DNA from: a virus
Taxonomy: Duplodnaviria; Caudoviricetes
Virus record (IMG/VR): IMGVR_UViG_3300027863_001757
Coordinates: 1,412 to 65,411 of that record
Reading direction: 5' to 3' (one strand)
Length of the DNA: 64,000 nt
Part shown: positions 1-9,184 of the stretch, one piece after another
How positions within the stretch are numbered: the first letter of the stretch is position 1
How the letters are laid out: every line of letters begins with the position of its first letter
The notes under the pieces: generated by a model
Database searches by the model: none
Seen by the model: the letters and a program-made list of their open reading frames with translations, nothing else
Told to the model about the DNA's origin: nothing
Made by a program: the position numbers and the translations under genes

Positions 1-633
1 GTAAGCCCTCAGTTCAATGGCAGACCTCAAAAAGTAGCCGTTCAGATTCAAAATCGAGTAGCGAGTCGAGTCGTAACGCTGAGGATGCTCTACATATCGT
101 CCGTACCACTGGGTGTTGAGCTGCCTGAAATCTTTGGGTGGGTTCTTAGTGATCCGCTCGATAAATGCAGAATCTATGGGCTTGCAGTATTTCTCCATCC
201 GCTGTTGGTTCACCCCGAGCGCGGCATAGATGATGTCCTGCTGCTTGTAGATCAGCTTGGCGAGGTTCGCGAGCGCTCTCGGAGTAATGTCCGGATGCGA
301 GACGTGGACGTGAAGTCCACATTTTTCATCAACCTGGGCCCCACATTTCCGAACGGCCCTTACCACATCCTGGAGTTCGGGTATATCGTCATAGCCAAGG
401 ATCGGGCTGACAACCTCCGCCCTGAGATTTGCTGGTGCGCTCGTGAGCGAGGCATCGGCAACGACTCGCCACACGCGGTCCAGCCTGTCCCGCACTTCCC
501 AGGCGTCATACGTTCCGCCGCCTGCGTGAGTAACCTCGCCACCTACCACACTCTGAATGGCTTTGGCCACCGTGCTCCGCTCTCTTTGAACGGTTTCAAG
601 TTCGAGTCCTATCTTGATTTCCTGCAGTTTCAA
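1..633 (-). CDS. Putative amidoligase (COOH-NH2 ligase type 2, Amidoligase_2-like), 3' end truncated by window edge
   Basis: Not in the ORF track because there is no stop in the window. Manual translation from TTG at 633 (GGAGG RBS upstream): MKLQEIKIGLELET...AEVVSPIL...GAQVDEKCGLHVHV...RYSILNLNG...IELR, matching the family's GxExE, EvvSP, CGLHVH, RY..lN and iEfR motifs. Confidence 0.8.
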   Translation of the reverse strand, partial: MKLQEIKIGLELETVQRERSTVAKAIQSVVGGEVTHAGGGTYDAWEVRDRLDRVWRVVADASLTSAPANLRAEVVSPILGYDDIPELQDVVRAVRKCGAQVDEKCGLHVHVSHPDITPRALANLAKLIYKQQDIIYAALGVNQQRMEKYCKPIDSAFIERITKNPPKDFRQLNTQWYGRYVEHPQRYDSTRYSILNLNGYFLRSAIELRAY

Positions 634-784
634 ATGGCGCTACCTCCGTTGGATTTTAAGCAGAACATCTGTTCTGTCCACATCCAATGAATGCCTCAAC
701 AGGCGACAGAAAGTCAAGTGGAACCTTCGGAATGTGAACAGAAACGGTGTTCTTACCTGATGTGGAGAGGCCCGTCTGAAGCGA

Positions 785-1156
785 TCACATGCTCTCGATC
801 TCTTCGGCGCGCTCGATTGCCCGTGACCATTCTATCTCGTCGCCGTGCATATCATGGACGAGCTTCAGGATTCTGCTACAGGCAAGGATGAACCCAGCAT
901 TGCAGAGAACCGTACCGGGCTGACCGTCACCGTGGATGTCAGCAACTCGCTTGGCTCGAAGCTCTTCCACATAGGAGAAGAGCAACTCCGGCAACGGCGT
1001 GTAATTGTCCATATACTCAAGGACCAGATACACTGCCGAATCGAACCCATCGACGTAACCCCGCTGCAAGGACTTCCTGTCCTGGCAAATCTCCTGCTCT
1101 GGCTCAAACTGGGGACACCGAAGTGTCCGTATCCTGCTTCGTAAACCTTTCTTCAT
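785..1156 (-). CDS. Hypothetical protein
   Basis: ORF 785..1204; start moved to the ATG at 1156 behind GGAGGAG. No family recognised. Confidence 0.55.
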   Translation of the reverse strand: MKKGLRSRIRTLRCPQFEPEQEICQDRKSLQRGYVDGFDSAVYLVLEYMDNYTPLPELLFSYVEELRAKRVADIHGDGQPGTVLCNAGFILACSRILKLVHDMHGDEIEWSRAIERAEEIESM

Positions 1157-1316
1157 GGCTCCTCCGTCCTCGCTCTGGAACTGGGATTGAGCGGTTGTCA
1201 TCATTAGGGGTTACCTCAAACCCTGAAGAACATCAAGTCCATTCGGGCAGGTCCGGCAAAGTTTCTCGTTCATTTCCAGAGGTGTTCGAGATGGCTGGAA
1301 CGTGGTGTTGACAGGA

Positions 1317-1589
1317 TCAGTCGGTAATCTCCTCGCCGTGATTGACCCCAGCTTCTATTAGCGCATCGTTGAGCCGTTGTACCTGAGCCTCCTCACGGGT
1401 GATCGCGGCCATGGTGTCGGCAAACGATTCAGCCAGATCGCTCGGAAGATCGATAATGACTTCGATCCTCCTCAGCCGCGCATCCAGGTTCGCGAGCAGA
1501 TCGAGGACGTGGTTTCGTATGACGCCGTCTCTCTTTTCGGATGGCGACGGGATGAACTCAGTCATCCCGCCGCGCCGTTTGACAAGCAT
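1317..1589 (-). CDS. Hypothetical helical protein
   Basis: 90-aa ORF 9 nt downstream of the DUF4815 gene, same strand, purine-rich RBS. Confidence 0.55.
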   Translation of the reverse strand: MLVKRRGGMTEFIPSPSEKRDGVIRNHVLDLLANLDARLRRIEVIIDLPSDLAESFADTMAAITREEAQVQRLNDALIEAGVNHGEEITD

Positions 1590-1598
1590 TGTGCCCCC

Positions 1599-4500
1599 CT
1601 AACTCAATGTCGCACCGAGGGAGTGAATGCGAGGGTAGACCAGGTTGTTGCCTGTAAGAACTGCCTTGTACCGCACACGACTACCTGCAGGATTGGCAAA
1701 TGTGCAAAGGTAGAGGTACTCAGTCCAAGTCTGATCGACCTCGCGAGTTGAATCGAGCGCCATCGGCTCCCATGTTGCGCCGCCATCATTAGAGGCGAAC
1801 CAGTTGAGAGTACATCCGCTTGGGATGTTCATCTGTGCATAGACTTTGGTCGATTCCACTCCCTGCGTCAACTCGTTCTCACGGCTGATATAGATGCCGT
1901 TGGGGTTGTTGAGGTAGCCAATAAGGTTCACGTCCTTGTAGTTCAGGGCGGGAGTATCATTCGCTGTGCTGCTGGAGAGCTTTGCACGGATGATCACCTG
2001 CGCGGCGACATTAGGCAGGCTTTCCTCTTCTTCCGGCACTATCGCGTCCCAGGTGACGCCGCCGTCCATTGAGTAGTCCCACGTCATACCTGTCCCCTGC
2101 GGGATCGCGGAATACTCATCGAGGTTCAACTCGGAGAATTGCACGCCTGTTATTGCTTTGAAGCGCACCTCGCCGGCAGGAGCGAAGTCATAGCCGTATA
2201 TCTTCATCGCGAGATCGGAGCCGTTCAGAGGAGTCCAGGTCTCAGCGTTGGAGCTTTCGAGCAGCACACCACTTGTGTAGGTCTGCCTCGTGATAACCCC
2301 ATTCTGACCTAGCTGGCCCAGAGTAGCGACGCGTACCCGGTAGTTCGTGCTGTCGGTTAGAATCACCAAGGCGTAACTTGTGTTCGCGTCCGCGCTCATG
2401 GGATTGGCAAACGTGACTTTCGTTTCAGCATTGAGATTTATCTCGCCTGGCGACACCACCTGCTGAGCATATACCACATCGTTAGGGAGGCCCGTCGTAA
2501 CGCCGCGTATCTGCACGGTCACCGGGACTGATGCGTCCTTTCTCGTGAAGAACAATCCAATGGCGGAAATGACTCGGTTCTCGCTGAAGCTGAATGTCTG
2601 AGCCAGCGGGTCCCACCTGTAGTAACCATACCACCAGCCCCATACTGTTCGGTACACGGGGTAGCGGATGATCTGAGGCACATAAACAGTCTGCTTCTGG
2701 ATGATCGTCGTGGTGACTTCGACCCGTTCAACGCGGGTCACAACCAACGGATCGTTTATCTGCAGATTGGTTTGGGCCGAGTAAGTGCCGTCGGTCACTT
2801 CCACGATGCGGCTGCCGTTACTCGCGCTCTCTGGGATGACGAATGACGAGACCACCCGTCCTGCCTCATCCGCATGAACATCACTGGCGACGATCTGACC
2901 GTCACAGCGGATAGTTATGTGTTGAGCGCTCGGGGTGAAGTTGGAGCCTGTGACCGCGATGCCTGTCTGACCTCTGCGACCGATATTGGGAGTTACCTCA
3001 ACCGCCGCCGGCGGCTTCTCGAACACGGCATAAGGATTGATGTTCTTCTCCTCTGACCAATCGAGCTGCTCGATGAGCACTCTTTCAGTTCCGGGCAGGA
3101 GAACGATGCTGCTTTTGAAGAGAGCATTGCTCGCTGCTGTATTCACCTCAAGGACGCGCGAGGACGATATTCTGGCAGGCCCTACAAACTTGTTTATGCC
3201 ATCGATGCGGGCGCTCCATTCGGCATGAAACGTGTCCGATTGAGCCTCGTTAGAGAAGTCGTCAGAGTAGATACCCTTCTTGGTCTGCGCGTCCCGGTTC
3301 TGAAGAGCATTATTCATCTGGTATTGCGCGTCGTTATACTTCAGGTCTTCGATGTCCTGCATTATCCGGTGGATCTGGTCCATCGTGATTCGCGTAAGCC
3401 CGAAGTTGTGGACGGTCATCTCGACCGAATTCGCCGGACAATCAAGGCTTGCAAAAGCAAGACTTCCTTCAGGCACAACCGGAAGCTTTGGAAAGTCCGA
3501 TGGAGAGCCTTCAAGCCGCCGTATCTCCCCTGCAGTGGCATAGACGATGTCTTTACGGCCGAGGTAGTAGTCGTAGTCTATGCTGCAGTTCGAACCGTTC
3601 ACAGGATCGCTGCCGACGCCGCTCTTGCCGAAGTTGATGACACTACTGTTTCCGAGAGACATGTCGGACAAAGGCGAGGAAAGCCCACTCGAGTTCGACG
3701 AAGGAGGTGTGGTGCCCGTGGCTTGGTCGACGCCATCATCGATGTAGGACATGACCGCCGATCCGACTTCCTTCAGCATGTGAAAACTTGTCCGACCGGA
3801 ATTCGGCGACGCCCGGTAGATACGATACCCCGTCGCGCCGCTTACAGGTCTCCACGTGATTGTGTTCGCTCCTCCTGCAGCCGTCTGGTGGGAGACGACA
3901 TAGCCTGCCGCATACGCAGTCTCACCGGATGCTGAGAGTGCGGTTACCAGGTAGAAGTATTCAGCGGGGGCGGGATAGCCGGGCTGACCAAACCAACCGC
4001 CGTCGACATAGTCCGTCCCTTTGGCCATCTGCTTCACATAAGTCCAACGCACGGTGTAAGTGGTGCCAATCGCGGGTTCGCTGCCGGTGCCTATCCAGTC
4101 GACATAGTTTCCACTCTGTTGCCAATCAACCCCTTCAGAGTAGACCGTAGCGCCTTGACTGACCTCAACGATGTCGACCACGGGGTTCGGTACAAGCAAA
4201 TCCTCACCGCCTCCGACCGATCCGCGCGTGATGTTTGAGACGATCTCAACGATGGCTTCCACCTGTGTCGTCTGCTTCAATGGAGTGCTGTTCAGAGCAT
4301 AGCTGCGCTGGCCAGTAACATACGTCTTCTGCTCTCCCCTGACGCTTTTCGTCGTGACCGCCTTGGGAACGAGCGTTGTGGTTGGCAGGTCCTTCTGGAG
4401 ACGATAACCCTGGATGTATGCCCGTCCCGCGTTGGTAATAACTCGCACGTTCGTGCCGTCGTTGGAGCCAATGAAGCTGTCGAAACCCTTGACGAGATAA

Positions 4501-5183
4501 CTGCCCGCCTGGTCATAAGTTCTTTCGGCGAGATTGTTGAGTAGAGAGTTGAGACCCTCGGCAGCCGCAAACGAAAGCTGGTCTTCGGTGATAGATGCAA
4601 CAGTGATTCGGCTTCCGGGAAGCGTGCCGAGGAAGTCGCTGAGGTAGATGCTGGACTTCTCCTGGACCGTTGCCGCTACATCGTGTGTCCCACGGTCGAA
4701 CTTGTAGATGGGAACCACCTTGCGCTGTGTAACATTATTAGGCAGGCTTTCCCCGCTTGTGTCATGGTCCCTGAGCGAAAGCACCCACTTCTCGCGCTCT
4801 GCTGTCGGCTCGCCAGTCGCTGGATTGATGAGCCCGGCATCCTGGTTGTAGCCATAGTTGTATTTGAGGAGTTCGACGTAAACGTAGTCGAAACCGGAGG
4901 TCTTCGCCGGATCGTAAGTGAGCACTGCTCCCGGGATAACCTCGATATGACCATCGATATAGGTAACCCCGGCGGAGATCGTGAGGACGTTGCCTGCGAC
5001 CGACACGAGAAGACCGGATATTATCGCCCCCTCTTTGAAGAGCAGGTCAGCGATCTTCTTTTGTTCGTGGATACTGATATCCTGCTGCTCGTTTAGCTCC
5101 GAGTCCAGAAGATCGCGGTCCTGATGATAGCTTACCCGCTTATAGTTTTTGGACGGGTCGAATGTATCTCTTGAGATGCTCAT
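1599..5183 (-). CDS. DUF4815-type large virion/tail protein with fibronectin-III-like segment
   Basis: N-terminus DTFDPSKNYKRV...RDLLDSELNEQQ typical of DUF4815 tail-associated proteins; internal YFYLVTALSASGET...ITWRPVSGATGYRIYR Fn3-like motif; last gene of the baseplate operon. Confidence 0.75.
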   Translation of the reverse strand: MSISRDTFDPSKNYKRVSYHQDRDLLDSELNEQQDISIHEQKKIADLLFKEGAIISGLLVSVAGNVLTISAGVTYIDGHIEVIPGAVLTYDPAKTSGFDYVYVELLKYNYGYNQDAGLINPATGEPTAEREKWVLSLRDHDTSGESLPNNVTQRKVVPIYKFDRGTHDVAATVQEKSSIYLSDFLGTLPGSRITVASITEDQLSFAAAEGLNSLLNNLAERTYDQAGSYLVKGFDSFIGSNDGTNVRVITNAGRAYIQGYRLQKDLPTTTLVPKAVTTKSVRGEQKTYVTGQRSYALNSTPLKQTTQVEAIVEIVSNITRGSVGGGEDLLVPNPVVDIVEVSQGATVYSEGVDWQQSGNYVDWIGTGSEPAIGTTYTVRWTYVKQMAKGTDYVDGGWFGQPGYPAPAEYFYLVTALSASGETAYAAGYVVSHQTAAGGANTITWRPVSGATGYRIYRASPNSGRTSFHMLKEVGSAVMSYIDDGVDQATGTTPPSSNSSGLSSPLSDMSLGNSSVINFGKSGVGSDPVNGSNCSIDYDYYLGRKDIVYATAGEIRRLEGSPSDFPKLPVVPEGSLAFASLDCPANSVEMTVHNFGLTRITMDQIHRIMQDIEDLKYNDAQYQMNNALQNRDAQTKKGIYSDDFSNEAQSDTFHAEWSARIDGINKFVGPARISSSRVLEVNTAASNALFKSSIVLLPGTERVLIEQLDWSEEKNINPYAVFEKPPAAVEVTPNIGRRGQTGIAVTGSNFTPSAQHITIRCDGQIVASDVHADEAGRVVSSFVIPESASNGSRIVEVTDGTYSAQTNLQINDPLVVTRVERVEVTTTIIQKQTVYVPQIIRYPVYRTVWGWWYGYYRWDPLAQTFSFSENRVISAIGLFFTRKDASVPVTVQIRGVTTGLPNDVVYAQQVVSPGEINLNAETKVTFANPMSADANTSYALVILTDSTNYRVRVATLGQLGQNGVITRQTYTSGVLLESSNAETWTPLNGSDLAMKIYGYDFAPAGEVRFKAITGVQFSELNLDEYSAIPQGTGMTWDYSMDGGVTWDAIVPEEEESLPNVAAQVIIRAKLSSSTANDTPALNYKDVNLIGYLNNPNGIYISRENELTQGVESTKVYAQMNIPSGCTLNWFASNDGGATWEPMALDSTREVDQTWTEYLYLCTFANPAGSRVRYKAVLTGNNLVYPRIHSLGATLS

Positions 5184-5193
5184 GTCTGTCTCC

Positions 5194-5727
5194 TCAAATC
5201 TTGATGACTCCGACCAACTCGACGCGCGTGTCAGAGGTCTTGTTGAAATCGGGGATGTTCTTCACTTCGTAAAGGTAACCCGGTGTCTTCACCTGGCCCA
5301 ATGGATTTGTATCAGAGTCATAGATACCGCCATCGGCGTAGTCAGACTGACACCCATCGACATACTCAACGCAGCCGCCGAAGAAGCCATATTCGCGGAT
5401 CGTGATGCTGTTTGCCTCAGCCTCCTCGAATCGAAAGAACACACCGATGATCTGAGTTTCCAGCCCAGTCTCGGAGTATCTAACGCCATTGACTTCCAGC
5501 GTCCCCTGCGTGTCTTCGGTAAGAAAAGCTATCTTGTAGCACCGCTTCCTGGCGCGCTCGTGGACGAGACTCACCTGGTCCACGTTCACGTCAGGCGGGT
5601 TCATGGGGTCGGTGAAGGTCTCATCGCCGTCGCCTATGGCGCAGTGAGTTATCCCGTCGATGGGATCGCCTTTGAGCAGCCTGGCAGTCAGCACTCTGCC
5701 GCTTCTTGTTATGAGTCCAAGGGACAT
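5194..5727 (-). CDS. Tail-collar/fibre-base protein (DUF3751-like)
   Basis: ITRSGR...ITHCAIGDG...ERAR...IREYGFFGG pattern of tail fibre collar proteins; position before the DUF4815 gene. Confidence 0.6.
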   Translation of the reverse strand: MSLGLITRSGRVLTARLLKGDPIDGITHCAIGDGDETFTDPMNPPDVNVDQVSLVHERARKRCYKIAFLTEDTQGTLEVNGVRYSETGLETQIIGVFFRFEEAEANSITIREYGFFGGCVEYVDGCQSDYADGGIYDSDTNPLGQVKTPGYLYEVKNIPDFNKTSDTRVELVGVIKI

Positions 5728-5738
5728 GTTTTCTCCTT

Positions 5739-6410
5739 TCAGACTTGAATCACGTGGCTTTCTTCAATTAGGAGTCCGTAGACCACCAGTACCGTCTCGA
5801 CATCCGGTGCAAGTCGCTGAAGCATGGACATCTCCATATCCACGGCAAAGCCCATCGGCTTTGTAACCGTGAGCAGCATATCGGCGTTTGCAAGACCAGC
5901 GTCAGTGATGTCGAAAAAGACATCGGCGTCGCGATTGACGGCCGCAGTCACCGTAAGACAGCCGTCAAGCTCATTCTGCACCACACCCGATATGCGCGCC
6001 ATTAAGTCTGGAAGCCACTGTCGAGCGTTTGAGATCGCGATTTGAGTATCAGCATTGTGAACTGCTGCACCAAAGACAAGCAGCATCCCGTCATACTCGA
6101 TGCCTAACTGCACGCTCACTCGCGCCGTCACATCTGCTAGTAGCAGCAGTGCTTCTGTAATGACAAAACGCAGATCCGCCGTGACTTCAAATGCAGTCGA
6201 GACCAGCGCGCCGGTATCAACGTCTCTGCTATAGGCTCCTGTGACCTGAAAAACGGTATCCGTCAGCACGCTTATTGGATGCATCGTAACATCGGAACCC
6301 AGCAGGTCCCATAGAACGCCCTTGTTTCTCGGTCCCAATGTGTGGTTTCGAGGCAGCACCCGACCGGGCCTCATTGCTATGGTCTTCTTTTTGCCGCTAC
6401 GGACTGCCAC
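5739..6410 (-). CDS. Hypothetical tail-region protein with basic N-terminal motif
   Basis: 223-aa ORF in the tail operon; its N-terminus resembles the small upstream ORF 6397..6528. Confidence 0.6.
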   Translation of the reverse strand: MAVRSGKKKTIAMRPGRVLPRNHTLGPRNKGVLWDLLGSDVTMHPISVLTDTVFQVTGAYSRDVDTGALVSTAFEVTADLRFVITEALLLLADVTARVSVQLGIEYDGMLLVFGAAVHNADTQIAISNARQWLPDLMARISGVVQNELDGCLTVTAAVNRDADVFFDITDAGLANADMLLTVTKPMGFAVDMEMSMLQRLAPDVETVLVVYGLLIEESHVIQV

Positions 6411-6528
6411 GCTTCACCTTTCCTTTGAGCACGATTCCTCTAGCAATGATCAGGAACACTTTGTTTCGAGGAAGCACTGGTCCTTTGCTCTTCGCTATCA
6501 GCTTTCTCTTGCCTGGTCTGGTTGCCAT
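6397..6528 (-). CDS. Small basic 43-aa protein (below ORF-track cutoff)
   Basis: Manual translation MATRPGKRKLIAKSKGPVLPRNKVFLIIARGIVLKGKVKRGSP*. AAGGAATAG precedes the ATG, and it fills the gap between two operon genes. Confidence 0.6.
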   Translation of the reverse strand: MATRPGKRKLIAKSKGPVLPRNKVFLIIARGIVLKGKVKRGSP

Positions 6529-6531
6529 TCG

Positions 6532-7521
6532 CTATTCCTTCACAGCGCACCAACTCGCGCTGGAGAGGTTGAACATCTTGTAGGTGCTCGTACCGAGATC
6601 GATGACATCCTCCGAATCACCCGCGCCAGCGCCGATTGAGTAGACCTCTATTAGCTCACCTCTAAGCTCCTCATTGTTCGAGGCCGTCATTGCAACCAGC
6701 CAGGGCAATATCGTGACCAGACCATATCGAGCGTCTGGGTCACAGTAGCCTGCAAATGTGACATTGACTGCGCCGCAACTACCAACTTGGCCGGAAGCGT
6801 TGGCCCAGCCATCCCATTTATTGAGAGCGTAGAAGCCGCCCGGACTGGTATTTCTGCCAATAATGACCGGCTGAGGGTCTTCTCCTATTTTCGCGCCGGT
6901 CGTATAGCCGTTGACAAGCGCTGCCAACATGACCGTGTTGGGCGTGGAGTTCGTGTCTCTGGCGGATACAAGCACACGCTCGATGTTGGCATTGTCCTTT
7001 ATGATGTATCGCTTGTTGACCGTGAGAATGGATGCATCATCCACTTGCACAACGACATTACTGCCCGATGTCACTGTGCCCTGGGTGATCGCCGTCTGAG
7101 CCGACCAGAGCCTCTTGATAACCCCGCTGTAGTGACCGTAGTAGGTCGCCGTGATCTTCGTCACGATGAAGAAATGGTCCAGGTCACCGTAGAACCAGTA
7201 GAGGAACTGAGCGGAGTCCTTAGTAGATATCATCGTGCCGCCGCTATAGAACGCTACCTTCACGCCCGTGTGCGTTGCGGCGTTCCAGTAGAGGTAGCCC
7301 TTAACCGAGATGCAATCGGTGTTGGCAGTGTCGTTTATGATCTGGATGTAGATGTCTTCGTTGCCCGACTCACCTATGGATTTCAAGATGTAATATGGCT
7401 CCGCCTGGGCCGACCCGTCATCGTGAAGAGTCCAGCCACATGTCGTCACCAGAAAATCCTTAAGCTTCACTAGCAGGTCCGCTGTATTTGTTGCTGTGCC
7501 GGATGTTGAATGATAAGCCAA
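6532..7521 (-). CDS. Virion structural protein (tail-associated)
   Basis: N-terminus MAYHSTSGTATNTADLLVKLKDFLVTTCGWT resembles phage virion structural proteins; operon context. Confidence 0.6.
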   Translation of the reverse strand: MAYHSTSGTATNTADLLVKLKDFLVTTCGWTLHDDGSAQAEPYYILKSIGESGNEDIYIQIINDTANTDCISVKGYLYWNAATHTGVKVAFYSGGTMISTKDSAQFLYWFYGDLDHFFIVTKITATYYGHYSGVIKRLWSAQTAITQGTVTSGSNVVVQVDDASILTVNKRYIIKDNANIERVLVSARDTNSTPNTVMLAALVNGYTTGAKIGEDPQPVIIGRNTSPGGFYALNKWDGWANASGQVGSCGAVNVTFAGYCDPDARYGLVTILPWLVAMTASNNEELRGELIEVYSIGAGAGDSEDVIDLGTSTYKMFNLSSASWCAVKE

Positions 7522-7534
7522 CTGTTCCTCCTCC

Positions 7535-8128
7535 CTACACTGGCGCTTCGACGCCCGTGATCCTGATCTTCAAATCGGTTTTGTTCTGTACCGGCGTGCC
7601 CGCTGGAACAGCAAATCGCCGCCAGAACGAGAGCGTGGCATTGTGAGCCTTGTCGCCCAGCGTGAGTTCCGCTCCCGGCGTCGCCGCGTCCAGTTCCGCC
7701 TGCGTGAGCGCGAGCTTACACCAGCCCGACTCGTCCGAGCCCGAGTTATCCACGGGCTTGACCTTCAGCGTCGTATAACTCCGTGCCGAATAGACAGCCG
7801 TGCCGCTCGAATGCGTTGCCTTGGCCGTGCCGTTCTGCCCGCGCAGAACCGTGAGACTCGTTGTCCCTCCACCGGCGGTTATTATCATCTGCTCGGTATC
7901 GACAATGATCGTGTCTCCGTCGGCGAACCGGGCCTCAGAGAGCGTGATCGCCGTCTGAGTGTTGGTGATATTGGCGGCGAGCGCCGTCTGCTCGTTGGCA
8001 AGGAACAGCTCCCTGTCCTTAGCCTGGCCGTCCGTGCCGTTATAGGTGTCCGAGTCTGGGCTTGTCAGCGTTCCCTCGGATATCTGCTGCGTAAGAGCTG
8101 AGTCTCGAAACAGATGTATCGACATCAT
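7535..8128 (-). CDS. Hypothetical tail-region structural protein
   Basis: Thr/Gly-rich beta-type sequence (DTIIVDTEQMIITAGGGTTSLTVLRGQNGTAKATH); tightly packed in the operon. Confidence 0.6.
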   Translation of the reverse strand: MMSIHLFRDSALTQQISEGTLTSPDSDTYNGTDGQAKDRELFLANEQTALAANITNTQTAITLSEARFADGDTIIVDTEQMIITAGGGTTSLTVLRGQNGTAKATHSSGTAVYSARSYTTLKVKPVDNSGSDESGWCKLALTQAELDAATPGAELTLGDKAHNATLSFWRRFAVPAGTPVQNKTDLKIRITGVEAPV

Positions 8129-8134
8129 CTTCTC

Positions 8135-9184
8135 CTATCCACCCGGCCATTGGGTGACTCTGTAAAGGTTGGTAGCCATATCAAGATTGGCTTGAGCACA
8201 GGAGTAGAAATCCTTTTGCCTGAACACAAACCTGTATGACCGCGTCGAGTGGGACAGTCTTGCTCGGTTCAAATGATCACACACAAGCCGGAATGCTATT
8301 GGCTTCACGCCCGCTTCCTCGGTCGCCACTTCGCACATAAACTCCAGTCGCCGCTCTGAAATCTCGACGCAGATCAGCCGCTTGGCATTCAGAACGAAGC
8401 CATTCAGCTTGTGCCCCGGCATCCGCGCGTGCCAGCGATTAGCGATCACTCCGGCTCGCTCAAATCCTTGAGAGAGCGTGCTTTGACAGATGATCCGCCA
8501 GCAGGACCAGACGGTCTGTTTTTCAGTAAGCCTGTAGTCGGAGTTGAGGAGCCTTTTGCCGACAACAAACACATCGTGGATGCGGCCGGTTGAGTGAAGT
8601 GCCACTATCCTCGATAGCGCTGCGAAGAAATCGTCCTGCATTGAATCCTGAGAAAGAAGCCACTGCAGAAAGAAGACCTTCATCCCCGCCGGATGATGCT
8701 TGGCGAGCGCGGCTCTGATACCAGGGGAAAGGTTTCGGCACTCGACTCGATAGACTCCGAGGCTGTGTATGAGACCGGGCAGCTTTGCATTGTTTGCGGC
8801 GGATCGCTTGTTGAGCCGCAACGCCGAACGAAACGTCTCATCTATCTTGCCTTCCCAGCCAACATTGATAAGTGAACGGCAAATGGCCGGAATGCTGCCC
8901 TTGCGTCGATACTGCTCAACGATCTCTCGAATTTCCCGGCGCTGGGTATCCGGGTCACGGATGGGGTCGAAAGCGTAACCGGCGATAGCGGCCAGCATAG
9001 GAATAAACCTGACGTCACACCGTTCAATGTCGAAAATGTCGGGAAGCCGGTCGATAAGCTCCTTTAGATCATCAAGAGTCATCGCGGGCACACGCAGAAA
9101 CGCCTGAAGATCGCCGCTCGTATCTTGCTCTTGGTACAGGGGCGGCAGGAGATCAATGAGTCTGTCTTCGAAGTTTCCCGCCAT
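8135..9184 (-). CDS. Baseplate wedge protein, P2 gpI-like (phage tail protein I)
   Basis: LLPPLYQEQD...LQAFL...IDRLPDIFD...FIPMLAAIAG...RRKGS motif; directly follows gpJ. Confidence 0.8.
   Translation of the reverse strand: MAGNFEDRLIDLLPPLYQEQDTSGDLQAFLRVPAMTLDDLKELIDRLPDIFDIERCDVRFIPMLAAIAGYAFDPIRDPDTQRREIREIVEQYRRKGSIPAICRSLINVGWEGKIDETFRSALRLNKRSAANNAKLPGLIHSLGVYRVECRNLSPGIRAALAKHHPAGMKVFFLQWLLSQDSMQDDFFAALSRIVALHSTGRIHDVFVVGKRLLNSDYRLTEKQTVWSCWRIICQSTLSQGFERAGVIANRWHARMPGHKLNGFVLNAKRLICVEISERRLEFMCEVATEEAGVKPIAFRLVCDHLNRARLSHSTRSYRFVFRQKDFYSCAQANLDMATNLYRVTQWPGG

Noticed and set aside
85-690. 201-aa + strand ORF
   Set aside because: Antisense shadow of the amidoligase on the - strand, which carries clear family motifs and an RBS.
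1215-1240. Fifth copy of the CTTGACT-N13-GAG motif (CTTGATG...GAG)
   Set aside because: Too degenerate to count.
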